From the human T2T-CHM13v2.0 reference genome, Homo sapiens, in assembly GCF_009914755.1 (NCBI RefSeq), contig NC_060925.1: a stretch of 64,000 nt of DNA. The stretch is one strand, 5' to 3'. Below are positions 60,678-64,000 of the stretch, piece by piece. Made by a program: the position numbers and the translations under genes. The notes below the pieces were generated by a model. The model worked only from the letters and a program-made list of their open reading frames with translations, was not told the origin of the DNA and made no database searches. The first letter of the stretch is position 1; the number at the start of each line of letters is the position of its first letter.

Positions 60678-61052
60678 TATGTTAGTCCATTATCATGCTG
60701 CTAATAAAGATATACTGGAAACTGGGTAATTTATAAAGGAAAGAGGTTTAATTGACTCACAGTTCAGCATGGCTGGGGTAGGCCTCAGGAAACTTACAAT
60801 CACAGAAGAAGGGGAAGCAAACACATCCTTCTTCACATGGCAGCAGCAAGGAGAAGAATGAGAGCTGAGCAAAGGGAAAAACCCCTTATAAAACCATCAG
60901 ATCTCGTGAGAACTTACTGTCATGAGACTAGCATTAGGGAACCACCCCTATGTTTCAATTACTTCCCATGGAGTCCTTCCCACTACACATGGGGATTACG
61001 GGAACTACAATTCAAGATGAGATTTGGGTGGGGACACAGCCAAATCATATCA
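60678..61052 (-). mobile_element. THE1 solo LTR (THE1C-like)
   Basis: gctgctaataaaga...gaggtttaattgactcacagttcagcatggctgggg...gagatttgggtggggacacagccaaatcatatca; TSD (c/t)tata. Confidence 0.92.
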
Positions 61053-61061
61053 TTATATATA

Positions 61062-62809
61062 CAGTCATTTCATTTCTTGTTATTCATGATCATTATATTC
61101 TATAAAGTCACTGTGAACACTAAAGAATGCTGAATCATTGCTCACAGATGAAATACAGGGTTAGGTTCTGTGGAGCTCTTATCACAACATTTTTTATCAA
61201 CCAATCATATATAACCTTATTTTTTATGTATTTCTGTTTAAAGACAACTTAGTTAATATAACTGTTGACTCATTAATACTGATCTCATGGCCAACAGTAC
61301 TATAACTCATGCCTGAATGTAGCTTATCTAACACATATGTTTTCTTCATAAGACACATCATCATAGCCTTCTTGTGCTAGGAGACTCTAGACAACCCTTT
61401 AGCAATACATTTTGGGCCATTTTTTTCTTTTTATTAAAGTTCTAGGGTACATGTGCACAATGTGCAAGATTGTTACATATGTATACATGTGCCATGTTGG
61501 TGTGCTGCACCCATTAACTTGTCATTTACATTAGGTATATTTCCTAATGCTGTCCCTCCCCCATCCCCCAACCCCACGACAGGCCCTGGTGTGTGATGTT
61601 CCCCTTCCTGTGTCCAAGTGTTCTCATTGTTCAATTCCCACCTATGAGTGAGAACATGCGGTGTTTGGTTTTTTGTCCTTGCAATAGTTTGCTGAGAATG
61701 ATGGTTTCCAGCTTCATCCATGTCCCTACAAAGGACATGAACTCATCCTTTTTTATGGCTGCATAGTATTCCATGGTGTATATGTGCCACATTTTCTTAA
61801 TCCAGTCTATCACTGATGGACATTTGGGTTGGTTCCAAGTCTTTGCTCTTGTGTATAGTGCCGCAATGAACATAGGTGTGCATGTGTCTTTATAGCAGCA
61901 TGATTTGTAATCCTTTGGGTATATACCCAATAATGGGATGGCTGGGTCAAATGGTATTTCTAGTTCTAGATCCTTGAGGAATCGCCACACTATCTTCCAC
62001 AATGGTTGAACTAGTTTACAGTCCCACCAACAGTGTAAAAGTGTTCCTATTTCTCCACATCCTCTCCAGCACCTGTTGTTTCCTGATTTTTTAATGATCG
62101 CCATTCTAACTAGTGTGAGATGATATCTCATTGTGGTTTTGATTTGCATTTCTCTGATGGCCAGTGATGATGAGCATTTTTTCATGTGTCTGTTGGCTGC
62201 ATAAATGTCTTCTTTTGAGAAGTGTCTGTTCATATCCTTCGCCCACTTTTTGATGTTTTTTTTTTTTTTCTTGTAAATTTGGTTGAGTTCTTTGTAGATT
62301 CTGGATATTAGCCCTTTGTCAGATGAGTAGATTGCAAAAACGTTCTCCCATTCTGTAGGTTGCCTGTTCACTCTGATGGTAGTTTCTTTTGCTGTGCAGA
62401 AGCTCTTTAGTTTAATCAGATCCCATTTGTCAATTTTGGCTTTTGTTGCCATTGCTTTTGGTGTTTTAGACATGAAGTTCTTGACATTTTGGGCCATTTT
62501 AAATAGTCTTTAAAAAAATCTCACAAAAATGAGGGAAAACATAACACTACATAGATAGTAAAATGAACATTTATTTGCAATATGAGAGCTGAAAAAAGAA
62601 GGCAGAATATCACCTTGTTTGATCTAAACTGGGATTAGATCTAAGCTCAGAACATATGTGTCAGATGACTCAAATTTTTTCTCCTACTATGTGAATGTCC
62701 ATAAAAAATTGCAAAAGCATCATGAGTATTAATTTTGTGAGTAAAAATAAATTTTGGCAAGTTGAAAAATTTACAAATATGGAACCTGTGAATAATAAGC
62801 AGTTCTCTG
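61062..62809. mobile_element. MER82-like (TcMar-Tigger) element split by an L1PA
   Basis: ttctataaagtcactgtgaacact...gaaatacagggttaggttc...ggccaacagtactataactcatgcctgaa, resuming after the L1 with tatgagagctgaaa..gaaggcaga. Confidence 0.75.
61424..62483 (-). mobile_element. 5'-truncated L1PA4/5-like, ~1.06 kb
   Basis: ORF 61631-62497 is the ORF2 C-terminus; perfect 17-bp TSD acattttgggccatttt at 61407-61423 and 62484-62500; TTT/AAAA site. Confidence 0.97.
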
Positions 62810-63278
62810 TGTGTGTGTGTGCATGTGCATATGTGTACATATATTCCAATATAAATACTTATAACTGGAAATTTATTTTACCTTTATGCATAATATACAT
62901 TTGGAAGAAAACTTGAATATTAATCTTTTAATTAATTATTTTGTCCCAGTTATATTTTTTCTTCTTAATTCCAAGCTCTATTTTATTCTTTATCCAACTT
63001 TATTGAATAACTCAATTTTTATTCATCACCACTCCTTCAATTAAAAAAAAAAGTCAATGAGTTTTAGCCTTATCTTTGTGAGAAACTATGGTCTAGAAGA
63101 CTGGTCAATGAAATTACAATTTCTTAGACTGGGTCTAGGCATCAGAATTTTTAAATACTGATTAAGAAGCCCTTTAGATGGTTCTAACAAGTAGCTAGGG
63201 TTAGAAACTAACTTTAGATACCAACACTGATACTGTGCTACCTAGGAATGTTCTAGAATAACTTTTTTAGAGTCACTG

Positions 63279-64000
63279 TTTTCTTTTTCTTTTTTCTTTA
63301 TTTCTTCTAAAAAAATGGGATACATGTGCAGAACATCCAGGTTTGTTACATAGGTATATGTGTGCCATGGTGGTTTGCTGCACCTATTGACCCATCCTCT
63401 AAGTTCCCTCCCCTCACCCCTCATCCCCCACACAAGCCCTGGTGCGTGTTGTTCCCCTCTCTGTGTCCATGTGTTGTCAATGTTCAACTCGCACTTATGA
63501 GTGAGAACATGCAGTGTTTTGTTTTTTTTCCTGTGTTAGTTTGCTGACTATGATGGCTTCCACCTTCATTCATATCCCTGCAAAGGACATGATCTCATTC
63601 CTTTTTATGGCTGCATTGTATTCCATGGTGTATATGTACCACATTTTCTTTATCCAGTCTGTCATTGATGGGCATTTGGGTTGGTTCCTTGTCTTTGCTA
63701 TTGTAAAAGTGCTACGATAAACATACATGTGCATGTCTCTTTATAGTAGAATGATTTATATTCCTTTGGGTATATACCCAGTAATAGGATTGCTGGCTGG
63801 GTCAAATGATATTTCTGGTTCTAGATTCTTGGGGAATCACCATACTGTCTTCCACAATGATTACACTAATTTACATTCCCACCAACAGTGTAAAGGGGTT
63901 CCTATTTCTCCACAGCCTTGCCAGCATCTATTTGCTTCCTGACTTTTTAATAATCGCCATTCTTAACTGGCGTGAGATGGTATCTTATTGCCATTTTGAT
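63279..64000 (-). mobile_element. L1PA8-like 3' end, running off the window edge
   Basis: ttcttctaaaaaaatgggatacatgtgcagaac...cctattgacccatcctctaagttccctcccctc and ORF2 C-terminal antisense sequence. Confidence 0.93.

Noticed and set aside
61631-62497. 288-aa ORF as a gene
   Set aside because: It is the C-terminus of L1 ORF2 in a 1-kb truncated insertion, and its start lies in the TSD.

Overview
Primate, most likely human, genomic DNA. It is strongly AT-rich (roughly one-third GC by eye) and repeat-dense, and reads as a gene desert or large intron. I find no supportable protein-coding gene; nearly all ORF-track entries are Alu-, L1- or Tigger-derived, or random. There are two processed pseudogenes: COX6A1 (+, ~43390-43965) and an older near full-length UBE2V1 retrocopy with its long 3' UTR (-, ~10474-12303) that the ORF track misses. 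The rest comprises 14 Alus, four L1PA, one L1PB and several ancient L1M pieces, MaLR LTRs (THE1C, MSTB, MSTC, MLT1s), DNA transposon fossils (Tigger4, MER82, MER2/MER8, MER33/Charlie5, MER58B) and MIR/L2 remnants. I see no convincing new biological system. The most unusual signals are: (1) an L1PA insertion with an inverted fragment of the extreme 5' UTR, ~3.5 kb missing, and an apparent 3' transduction; (2) a complex duplication-inversion scar with a captured Alu fragment inside Tigger4; (3) a CpG-island-like COX6A1 retrocopy; (4) two plus-strand candidate exons of a possible spliced noncoding or sORF transcript; (5) several short templated insertions and perfected palindromes. Repeat subfamily names and parent-gene comparisons come from recalled consensus sequences, not a database search.
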